DNA from: Lysobacterales bacterium
GTDB taxonomy: Bacteria; Pseudomonadota; Gammaproteobacteria; Xanthomonadales; Xanthomonadaceae
Assembly: GCA_038236935.1 (NCBI GenBank)
Contig: JBBRZH010000003.1
Coordinates: forward strand, 18,227-82,226
Direction: 5' to 3'
Length of the DNA stretch: 64,000 nt
The notes beneath the pieces are model-generated. The model saw only the letters and a list, made by a program, of their open reading frames with translations. It was not told the DNA's origin and ran no database searches. Both the position numbers and the translations under genes were made by a program. This document shows, piece by piece, positions 28,260 through 37,458 of this stretch; the first letter of the stretch is position 1; each line of letters begins with the position of its first letter.

Positions 28260-28964
28260 ATGAGCAGATTTCCTTTCGTCCTGGGTCTCCTGATTGTGGT
28301 GTCAGCGTCCATCCCCGTGCGCGCTGCCGACTCGACAGCGCCTGCGGCTCGCACGATCGTGTTGGTGCGCCACGGCAATTACGTCGAAGACCCTGCTGCA
28401 GATGAACGCATTGGCCCCGGCTTGTCGCCACTGGGCGTGGCCCAGGCGCATCTGGTCGGCGCACGATTGGCAGGCTTGCCCACGCATTTCGATGCGATGC
28501 TCGTCAGTCCCATGCAACGTGCGCGCGATACCGCAGCGGTCATCGGCAGTGATTTTCCAGGACGACATTTCGAGGTCATTGACGATCTCGCCGAGTGCAC
28601 ACCACCCACGCGCCGGACGCAGGCAATGGCCAGCGAGAAGCCCGTAGACATCGCAGCCTGCAAGGCGCGGCTCGATCGGGTGTTCGCGCGCTATTTCCGG
28701 CCGGCCATCGGGCATGAGGAGAACGATCTTCTGGTCTGCCACGGCAACGTGATCCGTTATCTGGTCACGCGTGCGCTCGGCGTCGAGACCACGGCTTGGC
28801 TGGAAATGTCGGTCGGGCATGCCAGCATCACCCGTATCCGGGTCGACGCCGACGGCAGGTTCAAGGTGCTCGCCGTCGGCGATGTCGGACATCTGCCTGG
28901 CAACCTGCAGACAGGCGCCACCGGTGACCCCGAACGGAGCCTGGCGATTCCGGCGTTGCCGTAA
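28260..28964 (+). CDS. Histidine phosphatase superfamily protein (PGAM5-like) with signal peptide
   Basis: LVRHG, SPMQRARDTA, LAECTPP and LVCHGNVIRY; N-terminal MSRFPFVLGLLIVVSASIPVRA. Confidence 0.85.
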   Translation: MSRFPFVLGLLIVVSASIPVRAADSTAPAARTIVLVRHGNYVEDPAADERIGPGLSPLGVAQAHLVGARLAGLPTHFDAMLVSPMQRARDTAAVIGSDFPGRHFEVIDDLAECTPPTRRTQAMASEKPVDIAACKARLDRVFARYFRPAIGHEENDLLVCHGNVIRYLVTRALGVETTAWLEMSVGHASITRIRVDADGRFKVLAVGDVGHLPGNLQTGATGDPERSLAIPALP

Positions 28965-29100
28965 ATGAAGGCGCCTTGCTGCAATGTTGCGCAGGTTTTT
29001 GGGTGTCGCAAGAATGACTGGGGTAATCGAAGTGCTTAACTTTCAGTTGAAGGTGGGCTTGGACCAAGCTGACGGATTGTCGATTTAACGCGGGCCCCGG

Positions 29101-29967
29101 ATGTCGACATCGCCCACGCGTACTTTCGGACTGACCCTGCTCGCGATGATTGCATTCGCGGCAAATTCGGTGCTGTGCCGGATTGCGTTACGGCACACAG
29201 CCATCGATCCGGCGAGCTTCACCGCAGTCCGTTTGATGTCAGGCGCGCTCATGCTGTGGATTGTCACGCGATTGCGCGCCGGCGCAACCCATGGTGCAGG
29301 CAATTGGCCATCAGCGCTTGCGCTGTTTGCCTACGCGGCCGCGTTCTCATATGCCTATGTCAGCCTGCCGGTTGCGACTGGCGCACTGCTGCTCTTCGGT
29401 GCAGTGCAGATCACGATGATCAGTCACGGCGTGTGGTCTGGCGAACGGATCTGCGCATGGCAGGTGGTCGGCCTGGTGTTGGCATTCGTGGGCCTGGTCG
29501 GTTTGTTTCTGCCCGGGCTTTCCGCGCCACCACTCCGCGGCGCTGCCTTGATGTTGGGGGCAGGAGTCGCGTGGGGAATTTATTCACTCGCAGGCAAGAG
29601 AGCGGGTGATCCCACTGTCGTCACCGCCGGCAATTTTTTGAGGGCTGTTCCCATTGCCCTCCTGCTGGCTGCATGGAGGCTCAAGAGTATGCCTGTCGAT
29701 GGTTTTTACAGCAGCGGTCGCGGTATCGGGTATGCGATTGCCTCGGGCGCGCTGGCTTCCGGGATCGGCTATTCGATCTGGTATTCGGCGTTGCCGAGGT
29801 TGAAGTCGACGACAGCCGCGACGGTGCAGCTGAGTGTTCCCGTCATTGCTGCGGTGGGCGGCATCCTGTTCCTCGCCGAACCTGTGACGCTGCGTCTTGC
29901 GCTGGCATCGATGGCCGTGTTGGGAGGCATCGGATTGGTCATCGCGCAGCCGGATCGACTGGCTTGA
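29101..29967 (+). CDS. DMT/EamA family transporter
   Basis: About ten TM helices; AFAANSVLCR, DPASFTAVRL and AATVQLSVPVIAA. Confidence 0.88.
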   Translation: MSTSPTRTFGLTLLAMIAFAANSVLCRIALRHTAIDPASFTAVRLMSGALMLWIVTRLRAGATHGAGNWPSALALFAYAAAFSYAYVSLPVATGALLLFGAVQITMISHGVWSGERICAWQVVGLVLAFVGLVGLFLPGLSAPPLRGAALMLGAGVAWGIYSLAGKRAGDPTVVTAGNFLRAVPIALLLAAWRLKSMPVDGFYSSGRGIGYAIASGALASGIGYSIWYSALPRLKSTTAATVQLSVPVIAAVGGILFLAEPVTLRLALASMAVLGGIGLVIAQPDRLA

Positions 29968-30133
29968 ATCCAGTGGGGCTGGTCGCTTGAGTTCAATCCG
30001 CGGCGTTTGCGAATCGTCCCTGCTGCGGTGCCAATGCTGGTGCATCCGGAGCACACGCTTCTTGGAGCATCACGGCCACTTGATTGCCTTCGTCGCATAA
30101 ATAGGCAGCGTCCATTGCCAGCAGGGAAAGCCC

Positions 30134-31162
30134 ATGTCACAGACAACATCCACCAACCGCCAATGGCTGTTGAGCGAGCGGCCCAAGGGCGAGCCCACCG
30201 AGCGGACCCTGCGTTTGGTGGAGGGCCCGATCCCGACCGCACGAGCGGGGCAGATGGTGTTGCGCACCGTGTTCCTTTCGCTGGATCCCTACATGCGCGG
30301 GCGCATGAGCGATGCGGCGTCCTACGCCGAGCCGGTCGAAATCGGTGGCGTGATGGTCGGTGGCACCGTGGCGCGGGTGGTCGAGTCCAACCTCAAGGGA
30401 TTCGCGGCGGACGATTGGGTCCTCAGCTTCAACGGCTGGCAGGATTACGCGGTTTCCGACGGCACCGGTGTCACGCCGCTGGGCTCATCGCCACGGAACC
30501 CATCGTGGGCGTTGGGCATCCTGGGCATGCCCGGTTTTACAGCGTGGGCAGGCCTCACCCAGATCGGCAAGCCCAAGCCTGGCGAGACCGTTGCCGTGGC
30601 TGCCGCCACTGGCCCCGTCGGCGCGACGGTGGGCCAGATCGGAAAGCTGCTCGGTTGCCGGGTGGTCGGCATCGCCGGTGGCCCGGACAAGTGCGCGTAC
30701 GCGGTGGATGCCTTGGGATTTGATGCGTGTATCGATCACAAGTCCGTCGACTTCACCGAGCAGCTGGCCAAGGCCAGTCCACAGGGGATCGACGTCTATT
30801 TCGAGAATGTGGGCGGCAAGGTGTTCGATGCCGTGTTGCCACTGTTAAACCCCAATGCGCGCATCCCGGTGTGCGGGCTGGTGTCGCAATACAACGCGAC
30901 AGAACTGCCCGCAGGACCGGACCGGATGAACTGGCTGCTGGGCCAGGTGCTGCGCAAGAAAATCCTCATCCAGGGCTTCATCATCTTTGACGACTTCGCC
31001 CATCTCTACCCGGAATTCGCCAAGGCAATGAGTGCGTGGATCGAGAGCGGAAAGGTGAAGTACCGCGAAGAGGTCATCGACGGACTGGAAGCGGCGCCTG
31101 CCGCTTTCATCGGCCTGCTCAAGGGAGAAAACTTCGGCAAGCGCGTGATCCGCGTCGGTTGA
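30134..31162 (+). CDS. NADP-dependent oxidoreductase, YncB/CurA (PTGR-like) family
   Basis: LSLDPYMRGRMSDAASY, LGMPGFTAW, AAATGPVG and GENFGKRVIRV. Confidence 0.92.
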   Translation: MSQTTSTNRQWLLSERPKGEPTERTLRLVEGPIPTARAGQMVLRTVFLSLDPYMRGRMSDAASYAEPVEIGGVMVGGTVARVVESNLKGFAADDWVLSFNGWQDYAVSDGTGVTPLGSSPRNPSWALGILGMPGFTAWAGLTQIGKPKPGETVAVAAATGPVGATVGQIGKLLGCRVVGIAGGPDKCAYAVDALGFDACIDHKSVDFTEQLAKASPQGIDVYFENVGGKVFDAVLPLLNPNARIPVCGLVSQYNATELPAGPDRMNWLLGQVLRKKILIQGFIIFDDFAHLYPEFAKAMSAWIESGKVKYREEVIDGLEAAPAAFIGLLKGENFGKRVIRVG

Positions 31163-31391
31163 AGCTTGGTGCCCCTTGCCGCCACACCCATGCGGCATTT
31201 TGCCTCGAAGCTGGCTAACCGCACGCGGAGGTTTTGGCGAACTTGCAACGATGCGTGCCGACGCAAGTCGACCTGGGCCTGTCGTTCCTCCTGGCCATGT
31301 GATTGCTGGTGGCTTTTCCAGCAGAGGCTATGGATTCAAGCCACGTTGACCACAGGCAGATCAGCTCCCTGCTGATCATCCGTCTTCCCCG

Positions 31392-31874
31392 TTATCTCAG
31401 GTCGACTTCGGCCACCTTGTCCTTGTAATCCTTCTTCGGATCCACGCCCAGCAGCAGCTTCACGCCAGCGAGGATGTTCGATTCGTTCAACCACACCTGG
31501 GCGTGCTCAGCGTCGAAACGCAGCAACACGAGGTTGGGATCATCCTTGCCTTCGAACCAGGCGGCGATGAAGGGATTCCACAGCCGGTCGATCACCGCGC
31601 GATCGTTGTCGACGACAAGGTTGCCGCTGATGCTGGCGAACAACGCGTGGTCCTTGGCGACGAATGCCGCGATCGCACGTCGTCCCTGTGGCAGGTGCTC
31701 GACCACGGCGTTGGGTTTGCCAGTGAAAAACCAGATCGGCCCACGCTCGCCCTCGACCACCGCCGTCATGGGGCGCGAGTGGCCATCCTCCACGCCATCC
31801 AGGCCGAGCATCAGGGTTCGATCGGATTTGAGCGCTTTCCAGAAATCCTGTTCAAGGTCTTGTGGCGTCGTCAT
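31392..31874 (-). CDS. General stress protein, pyridoxamine 5'-phosphate oxidase-like FMN-binding (YdaG-like)
   Basis: HSRPMT, IWFFT, DRLWNPFIAAWFEGKDDPNLVLLRF. Confidence 0.88.
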   Translation of the reverse strand: MTTPQDLEQDFWKALKSDRTLMLGLDGVEDGHSRPMTAVVEGERGPIWFFTGKPNAVVEHLPQGRRAIAAFVAKDHALFASISGNLVVDNDRAVIDRLWNPFIAAWFEGKDDPNLVLLRFDAEHAQVWLNESNILAGVKLLLGVDPKKDYKDKVAEVDLR

Positions 31875-32056
31875 TGCGGTGTTCTCGCAGAAGGGGAGGC
31901 GGGAATGCATGTCCTTGGTGGCGGGAGAGTCTCGTGGAAACGATCATCCCAAGCAGCATCTACGCACGTGGGATGTCGGGGTCGCGTCAATCTGGCGCGT
32001 CACTGGGGCTTCGCGGCGTGCTGCGTACCGTGGTTCTTTTACGACCGGAGACTTCC

Positions 32057-32740
32057 ATGAACATCCTGATGGTTCTGACCTCGCATGATCGCCTTGGCGA
32101 CACAGGCAAGAAGACCGGATTCTGGCTGGAAGAGTTTGCCGCGCCTTATTACGTATTCAAGGATGCGGGCGCCAACATCACCCTTGTCTCGCCCAAGGGC
32201 GGGCAGCCGCCGCTGGATCCGAAGAGCGATGAACCCGATGCGCAGACGCCGGCCACCGAGCGGTTCCGCAAGGATGCCGCAGCGCAGGCCGCACTCGCTT
32301 CCACTGGCAAGCTGGCTGATGCAAGAGGCGAGGCCTTCGATGCGGTGTTTTTCCCCGGTGGCCACGGTCCGCTGTGGGACCTTGCCGAAGATCGCGATGC
32401 CATCGCGTTGATCGAATCCATGCATGCGGCGGGCAAGCCGGTGGCGGCGGTATGTCATGCCCCGGCCGTGTTGCGGCACCCCAAGGCCCACGACGGCGCA
32501 CCGCTGGTGAAGGGAAAGTCGGTCACCGGCTTCACCAATACCGAAGAGGCGGCCGTGGGGCTGAGCGACGTGGTGCCGTTCCTCGTCGAGGACATGCTCA
32601 AGGCTAACGGCGGCCGCTATACGAAGAAGGAGGATTGGGCTTCGTACGTCGTCACCGACGGCAATCTGATCACCGGCCAGAATCCGGCCTCGTCCGAAGC
32701 CGCCGCGAAGGTGGTGTTGGAGCAACTTGGCAAGGGCTGA
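32057..32740 (+). CDS. DJ-1/PfpI (type 1 glutamine amidotransferase-like) protein
   Basis: LTSHDRLGDTGKKTGFWLEE, PGGHGPLWDL, AVCHAP and LITGQNPASS. Confidence 0.92.
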   Translation: MNILMVLTSHDRLGDTGKKTGFWLEEFAAPYYVFKDAGANITLVSPKGGQPPLDPKSDEPDAQTPATERFRKDAAAQAALASTGKLADARGEAFDAVFFPGGHGPLWDLAEDRDAIALIESMHAAGKPVAAVCHAPAVLRHPKAHDGAPLVKGKSVTGFTNTEEAAVGLSDVVPFLVEDMLKANGGRYTKKEDWASYVVTDGNLITGQNPASSEAAAKVVLEQLGKG

Positions 32741-32773
32741 CACATTGCGCCATGCACGTCGGCTCGTCCCTCG

Positions 32774-33430
32774 TTACGCGCCCAACGCGTTGATGTCTGC
32801 GTTCTCCAACACGGCGGGCGGCGGCGTTTGGCGAAGGGATGCGAGCATGGCGCGACCGACGCGTGAGGAGGTGGTCATCATCGAAGGCATGCTGCGGGTA
32901 GCCAAGCCAAGCAGCGGGCCCGCAAGGGCGTAGACGGCCGCGCGCGCAGGGTGTGGGGAGCGCACTCCGTCAACCGGTTGCACGATACCGGGACGCATCA
33001 TCACCGTTCGGATTCCGAGTCCGCGCAATGCGTCCTCCGCCTCGCCCTTGACGCGCATCGGCATCAGCGCGGCGCGTGCATCAGAGCCTGCGCCCGACAC
33101 GTAGACGAATGTGCCCTGCGGATTGGCGCGGGCAAAGGCATCGGCAACGTGCACGGTGAGGTCGACTGTCACCTGACGGTAGGCGGCTTCGGACAATCCG
33201 GGGGCCACCCCGGCGCAATACAGGCAGGCGTCGAGATCGGCCAGCATGGGTTCGGAGCCATCGATGTCGCGCAGATCGGCAACCTGCCACTGCACCACTC
33301 GCGCATCGTTGCCCATGTCCAAGCGCTGCCGCCCGAGCAGGACGATGCGTTCAACATCGGTTGCCGCACGGCAGGCGCCGAGGACGCCTTGGCCGACAAG
33401 CCCGGTGGCTCCGACGATGAGCAGTCGCAT
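32774..33430 (-). CDS. NAD(P)-binding epimerase/dehydratase-like protein
   Basis: GATGLVGQGV, YVSGAGSD and MRVKGEAE. Confidence 0.85.
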   Translation of the reverse strand: MRLLIVGATGLVGQGVLGACRAATDVERIVLLGRQRLDMGNDARVVQWQVADLRDIDGSEPMLADLDACLYCAGVAPGLSEAAYRQVTVDLTVHVADAFARANPQGTFVYVSGAGSDARAALMPMRVKGEAEDALRGLGIRTVMMRPGIVQPVDGVRSPHPARAAVYALAGPLLGLATRSMPSMMTTSSRVGRAMLASLRQTPPPAVLENADINALGA

Positions 33431-33527
33431 GTTTCGTGTCCTCATGGGCGATTGCGCTTAGGTTACGCCGCGTACGCTCCAGCCGGCGTAAAACACGGCC
33501 AACGCGACCTGACGTCTGATCGAAGCG

Positions 33528-34121
33528 TTACCGCTGGTCCAGCTCGTGGTGGATCACGACGATGCATTGCGAAGCAAACAGCATTTTCGATCCGAGCGAA
33601 ATCTTGTTCGCGCCCAGGCGTTCGAGGCTGTGGAAGGTCTTCTTCGGCATCGGGATATGGTCGGTCAGCAGGAAACAGGGATTGCCATCGAACACCTGCT
33701 GGCGGATCGACGTGCCTTTTCGATCCATCACGAACAGCTGGTGGTCTGGGGCCAGTTCCTGCACCAGCCGCTCAAAGCTCACCGTGCGGACCGTGACGCC
33801 GGTTTCCACCGATCGTGATTCGTCCTTGCCCATTCCCCTGGACGCATCAAGCGCATTGGCGATCTTGCCCAGCAGCGCGCCCTCGTCGAAGCCGCCGATC
33901 TCGTGCATGGCGTTGGCCTCGAACCGGATCGTGCGGGAGAAATCCGCCGTGCTTTCCAGCACCATGTAGACGGTCACGTCCGCGCGATGCGACTGCGCCA
34001 CGAAGACCGCGTTCATCAGCGCATGCGCCAGGATTTCGGCGTGGGCCTCCTTGCCGACGGACGCCAACAGTTTCTTGCTGTCCGTCGGTGCCGCCCGGGC
34101 TCTGAGTACAAAGGTTCGCAT
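33528..34121 (-). CDS. trmY: tRNA (pseudouridine54-N1)-methyltransferase TrmY homolog (SPOUT)
   Basis: MRTFVLRA, VAQSHRADV, FLLTDHIPMPK and ISLGSKMLFASQCIVVIHHELD. Confidence 0.85.
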   Translation of the reverse strand: MRTFVLRARAAPTDSKKLLASVGKEAHAEILAHALMNAVFVAQSHRADVTVYMVLESTADFSRTIRFEANAMHEIGGFDEGALLGKIANALDASRGMGKDESRSVETGVTVRTVSFERLVQELAPDHQLFVMDRKGTSIRQQVFDGNPCFLLTDHIPMPKKTFHSLERLGANKISLGSKMLFASQCIVVIHHELDQR

Positions 34122-34127
34122 GGTGGG

Positions 34128-34280
34128 TCAGCCGCGCCGCGCTGCCTTGATCTTTGCGATGTCCCTCGGCGCATGGCAGGCCGCCCCTACCGTCCTGTTC
34201 CTAAACGTCTTCGCGTAGAACATCGTGGCGTCCAGCGCGCTGCCGTCATACCAGAGGCAGATCGTGTTTTTGCTGATCAT
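34128..34280 (-). pseudogene. Internally deleted VOC/PhnB-like (3-demethylubiquinone-9 3-methyltransferase family) gene
   Basis: The family N-terminus (SKNTICLWYDG.A.DA..FYA.TF) is joined directly to the family C-terminus (DIAKIKAARRG*); only 50 aa. Confidence 0.65.
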
Positions 34281-34491
34281 TTGGACTTCGTCAAAGTGAG
34301 AGGATTCGATACTGTCAAAGACTGCAATAAACACAAAATGGTGTCAGGAAAAGCTGGCCATGGAATTGTCTGATCTCGGCCAGCGGGCCGAATTCTGGTC
34401 CGACCCTGTCAAAAGGCATATGTAACTAGGTGTGGTAGGTAACTACACTACCGTCACAGTTGGCGCTTGCCAACGGACATGGACACCAAGC

Positions 34492-35376
34492 ATGAGCGCC
34501 TGCACCCTGCATCTGGACGACGTCGGATTCCGATACAAGGGCGGCCACGACGCCCTTTCAAACATCACTTTGAAGCTGGAACGCGGCATCGTCGGCCTGT
34601 TGGGCCCCAACGGTGCGGGCAAGTCGACGCTGATGCGGATTCTGGCCACGTTGGCAAAACCGAGCCGCGGGCGCGTGCATTGGAATGGCGAAGACACCGC
34701 GAGCCGTCCCGACCCGTTACGACGCACCCTTGGCTATCTTCCGCAGGACTTCGGCGTGTACCCGATGCTCAGCGCGCGTGAGTTCCTTGCGTACCTCAGC
34801 GCGGTGAAGGGTATTTCGGCCAAGAGCGCGGCGGGGCGCGTGGATGCTTGCCTGGCGCAGGTGGGTCTGGCCGATGTCGCTGACAGGCGACTGGGCGAGT
34901 TTTCCGGCGGGATGCGCCAGCGCGTCGGCATCGCGCAGGCGCTGCTCAACGATCCCAAGCTGTTGATCGTCGACGAACCCACTGTCGGCCTGGATCCGGA
35001 AGAACGCCTGCGCTTCCGCCACCTGATCAGCGACCTCGCGGCCGATCGCTTGATCATCCTGTCCACCCACATCGTGTCCGACATCGAAGCCAGCGCCTCG
35101 TCGCTGGCGGTGATGGCCAAGGGGCGGCTGTTGTTTTCGGGCACGCCCGAAGCGCTGGTCGCCGGTGCCGCCGGCCATGTCTGGGAATGGACCGTGCCGG
35201 AACAGCAGGTCGCGGCAATCCGCGCTTGCCATGTCACCACCGGCTCGCAGCGACGCCCCGAGGGAGTGCGGCTGCGGCTCGTCGCCGAGACTGCACCTTC
35301 ACCGGACGCCGTTCCCGTCACGGCAGGACTCGAAGACGCGCACCTGTGGCTGGTCGCGCAATCGGAGCACCGCTGA
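34492..35376 (+). CDS. ABC transporter ATP-binding protein
   Basis: GPNGAGKST, FSGGMRQRVGIAQ, IVDEPT and LSTH. Confidence 0.95.
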   Translation: MSACTLHLDDVGFRYKGGHDALSNITLKLERGIVGLLGPNGAGKSTLMRILATLAKPSRGRVHWNGEDTASRPDPLRRTLGYLPQDFGVYPMLSAREFLAYLSAVKGISAKSAAGRVDACLAQVGLADVADRRLGEFSGGMRQRVGIAQALLNDPKLLIVDEPTVGLDPEERLRFRHLISDLAADRLIILSTHIVSDIEASASSLAVMAKGRLLFSGTPEALVAGAAGHVWEWTVPEQQVAAIRACHVTTGSQRRPEGVRLRLVAETAPSPDAVPVTAGLEDAHLWLVAQSEHR

Positions 35377-35377
35377 C

Positions 35378-36955
35378 ATGGAAACACTGCGCAGGGTTTT
35401 CGCGATCATGCTGGCCGACCTGCGCGAGCGCACCCGCACGCGCCGCTTCTGGGTGGTGCTCGGACTGGTGGGCCTCGCCACCTGGTACTGCTTTCCTGCA
35501 ATTGATTCGGGTCAGCTGGCCATATCGATCGACGATGCACGCGGCCACTATTCCAGCGCCTGGACCGGGATGACGCTCGCGCTTTTCTATTCGACGATGC
35601 TGGCTTGGCTGGGGTTTTACCTGGTGCGCGGCACCGTGCTGCGCGATTTCGATACGCGCGTCTGGCAGCTGCTGGTCGCAACGCCGATGACGCGCGCGGG
35701 TTACCTCGTGGCGAAATGGGCCAGCCACATGGTGGTCTTCTGCTGCGTGATCGCGGTTGGCCTGGCGGTGGGCGTGCTCGCTCAGGTGGTGCGCGGCGAA
35801 GATCGCGCGTTCGATCTATTCGAACTGGTCAAGCCGGTGGTGGTGATCACCCTTCCTGCGTTGTCGCTCACGGCGTTCTTCGCGATCGTCTTCGACATGG
35901 TGCCGATGCTGCGACGCACCGGCGGCAACGTGCTGTATCTGTTTGTCTGGTTGTTGGTGTTCGCCGGGCTTTCTGAGAGTTTCAACCAGGGCGTGCATGC
36001 GGCGACCGTGCAAACCATGAGCGACCCTGCGGGATTCACGCTGGCGAGCCATTCGTTCGCGCAGCAGCTTGCACACGAAGTTCCGAAACTTGATTTCACT
36101 AAGGTGAGCGTCACCGTTGGCGTGGGGGAGCTGGGCGGAATCAAGGGACGTCCGCGCTTATTCGAATGGACCACGTGGGACGTGGAATCCGCAGCGCTGA
36201 TCGGTCGCATGTTCTGGCTCTCACTGGGCGTGTTCCTCAGTGCCGCGCTGGCTCCCTTCCTGGATCGAGCAGCCGCCCGCACCGCAGCCGCCCCCGCTGT
36301 CAACCAAGCGGGCCGAAAGCTGCGCTGGCTTGATCGCGTGCTGCATCCGCTGGAACGCGGTGCGGTGGGCACGCTCCTGGCCGCCGAACTGCGTCTCGCG
36401 CTGCGCCGCAGGAGTCTGCTGTGGTGGGGAGTGCTGGTGGTGGCCGGCGTTGTGCAATGCGCCGCACCCATGTCTAACGCCGCGATCGCCGCGGTGGTGG
36501 CATGGATGTTGAGCATCGACGTCCATGCACGCGCCTTGCTGCGTGAAGCGGAAACGCGCACGGCAGGACTTGTGGTCACTGCACCGGACGCAGCGAGACG
36601 CCTGTCCATTGCACGCCTTGCGTCGGCGGTGCTGCTTTCACTGTTCGCCGTTGCCCCGCTGCTGCTGCGCTCGCTGATCACATCGACCGACATGCTCGGT
36701 CCCGTCCTCATGGTCGGCGCGGCAGTGGCCGCGCTCGGGCTCGCGTGCGGCGCTGTATTCCGTACCCCGCGGCCGTACGAACTGGCAATGGCCGTGCTGG
36801 CCTACGCCGGTCTGCAAGGGAAGGGGCCGTTGGCAATCGCCGCCATGACGCCCGCAATGATGGAAAGCCTCGCTCTCGTGTTGGCGGCGAGCATTGTGCT
36901 GGTGCTCGCAAACACACCAGGGCTGGCGGCGGCCAGTGCGCGGAGTGGGGCGTAG
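35378..36955 (+). CDS. ABC-2-type exporter permease
   Basis: Many TM helices, LLVATPMTRAGYLVAKW; 1 nt after the ATPase gene. Confidence 0.8.
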   Translation: METLRRVFAIMLADLRERTRTRRFWVVLGLVGLATWYCFPAIDSGQLAISIDDARGHYSSAWTGMTLALFYSTMLAWLGFYLVRGTVLRDFDTRVWQLLVATPMTRAGYLVAKWASHMVVFCCVIAVGLAVGVLAQVVRGEDRAFDLFELVKPVVVITLPALSLTAFFAIVFDMVPMLRRTGGNVLYLFVWLLVFAGLSESFNQGVHAATVQTMSDPAGFTLASHSFAQQLAHEVPKLDFTKVSVTVGVGELGGIKGRPRLFEWTTWDVESAALIGRMFWLSLGVFLSAALAPFLDRAAARTAAAPAVNQAGRKLRWLDRVLHPLERGAVGTLLAAELRLALRRRSLLWWGVLVVAGVVQCAAPMSNAAIAAVVAWMLSIDVHARALLREAETRTAGLVVTAPDAARRLSIARLASAVLLSLFAVAPLLLRSLITSTDMLGPVLMVGAAVAALGLACGAVFRTPRPYELAMAVLAYAGLQGKGPLAIAAMTPAMMESLALVLAASIVLVLANTPGLAAASARSGA

Positions 36956-37024
36956 GGCTTGGGCGATGGAAAACTTAAGAGGGGAATCGATAGGGTTTCA
37001 AATGTACGATCCGTTTCCCACCCT

Positions 37025-37444
37025 ATGGAATCCGAGTGGCAGCCCATGACAGCCTATCAGCAGCTCGCATTCGTCAGCTCAGTGCTCGCCGGTTTCTCAT
37101 TCGCTTTTTACGGGACGCTGCTGACGGCACCAACAACACACCGTATCGCCAGCTGGTCGGCCTTCCTGGCTGTCTGCGGCAGTATCTGTTTCCTGATCGT
37201 CACCCTGGGCTCGACCTTTGCGGAAGGGGCTTTGTCGCACTCCAAAATACTACCCACGGCGATCCAGGCGCAGCAGGAACCCATTTCGATGTTATTCCTG
37301 CTGGGCATGGTCCTGACCCTCGTCAGTTTTGGCATGGGCGGCTGGGTGCGATCGCATAAGCTTGGAGTCGCGACAACCTGCGTCGCAGTGCTCGGCATCA
37401 TCGGCGTCATCTGGATCATGCGGCCTTTCATCCACAGGAATTGA
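37025..37444 (+). CDS. Small 4-TM hypothetical protein
   Basis: QLAFVSSVLAGFS...; four hydrophobic segments. Start at 37025 or 37046. Confidence 0.7.
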   Translation: MESEWQPMTAYQQLAFVSSVLAGFSFAFYGTLLTAPTTHRIASWSAFLAVCGSICFLIVTLGSTFAEGALSHSKILPTAIQAQQEPISMLFLLGMVLTLVSFGMGGWVRSHKLGVATTCVAVLGIIGVIWIMRPFIHRN

Positions 37445-37458
37445 CCGGAGGAGCTTTC

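Noticed and set aside
31200-31390. Possible decayed membrane-protein fragment between curA and ydaG
   Set aside because: One frame gives a short hydrophobic run with a stop, but there is no convincing family motif.
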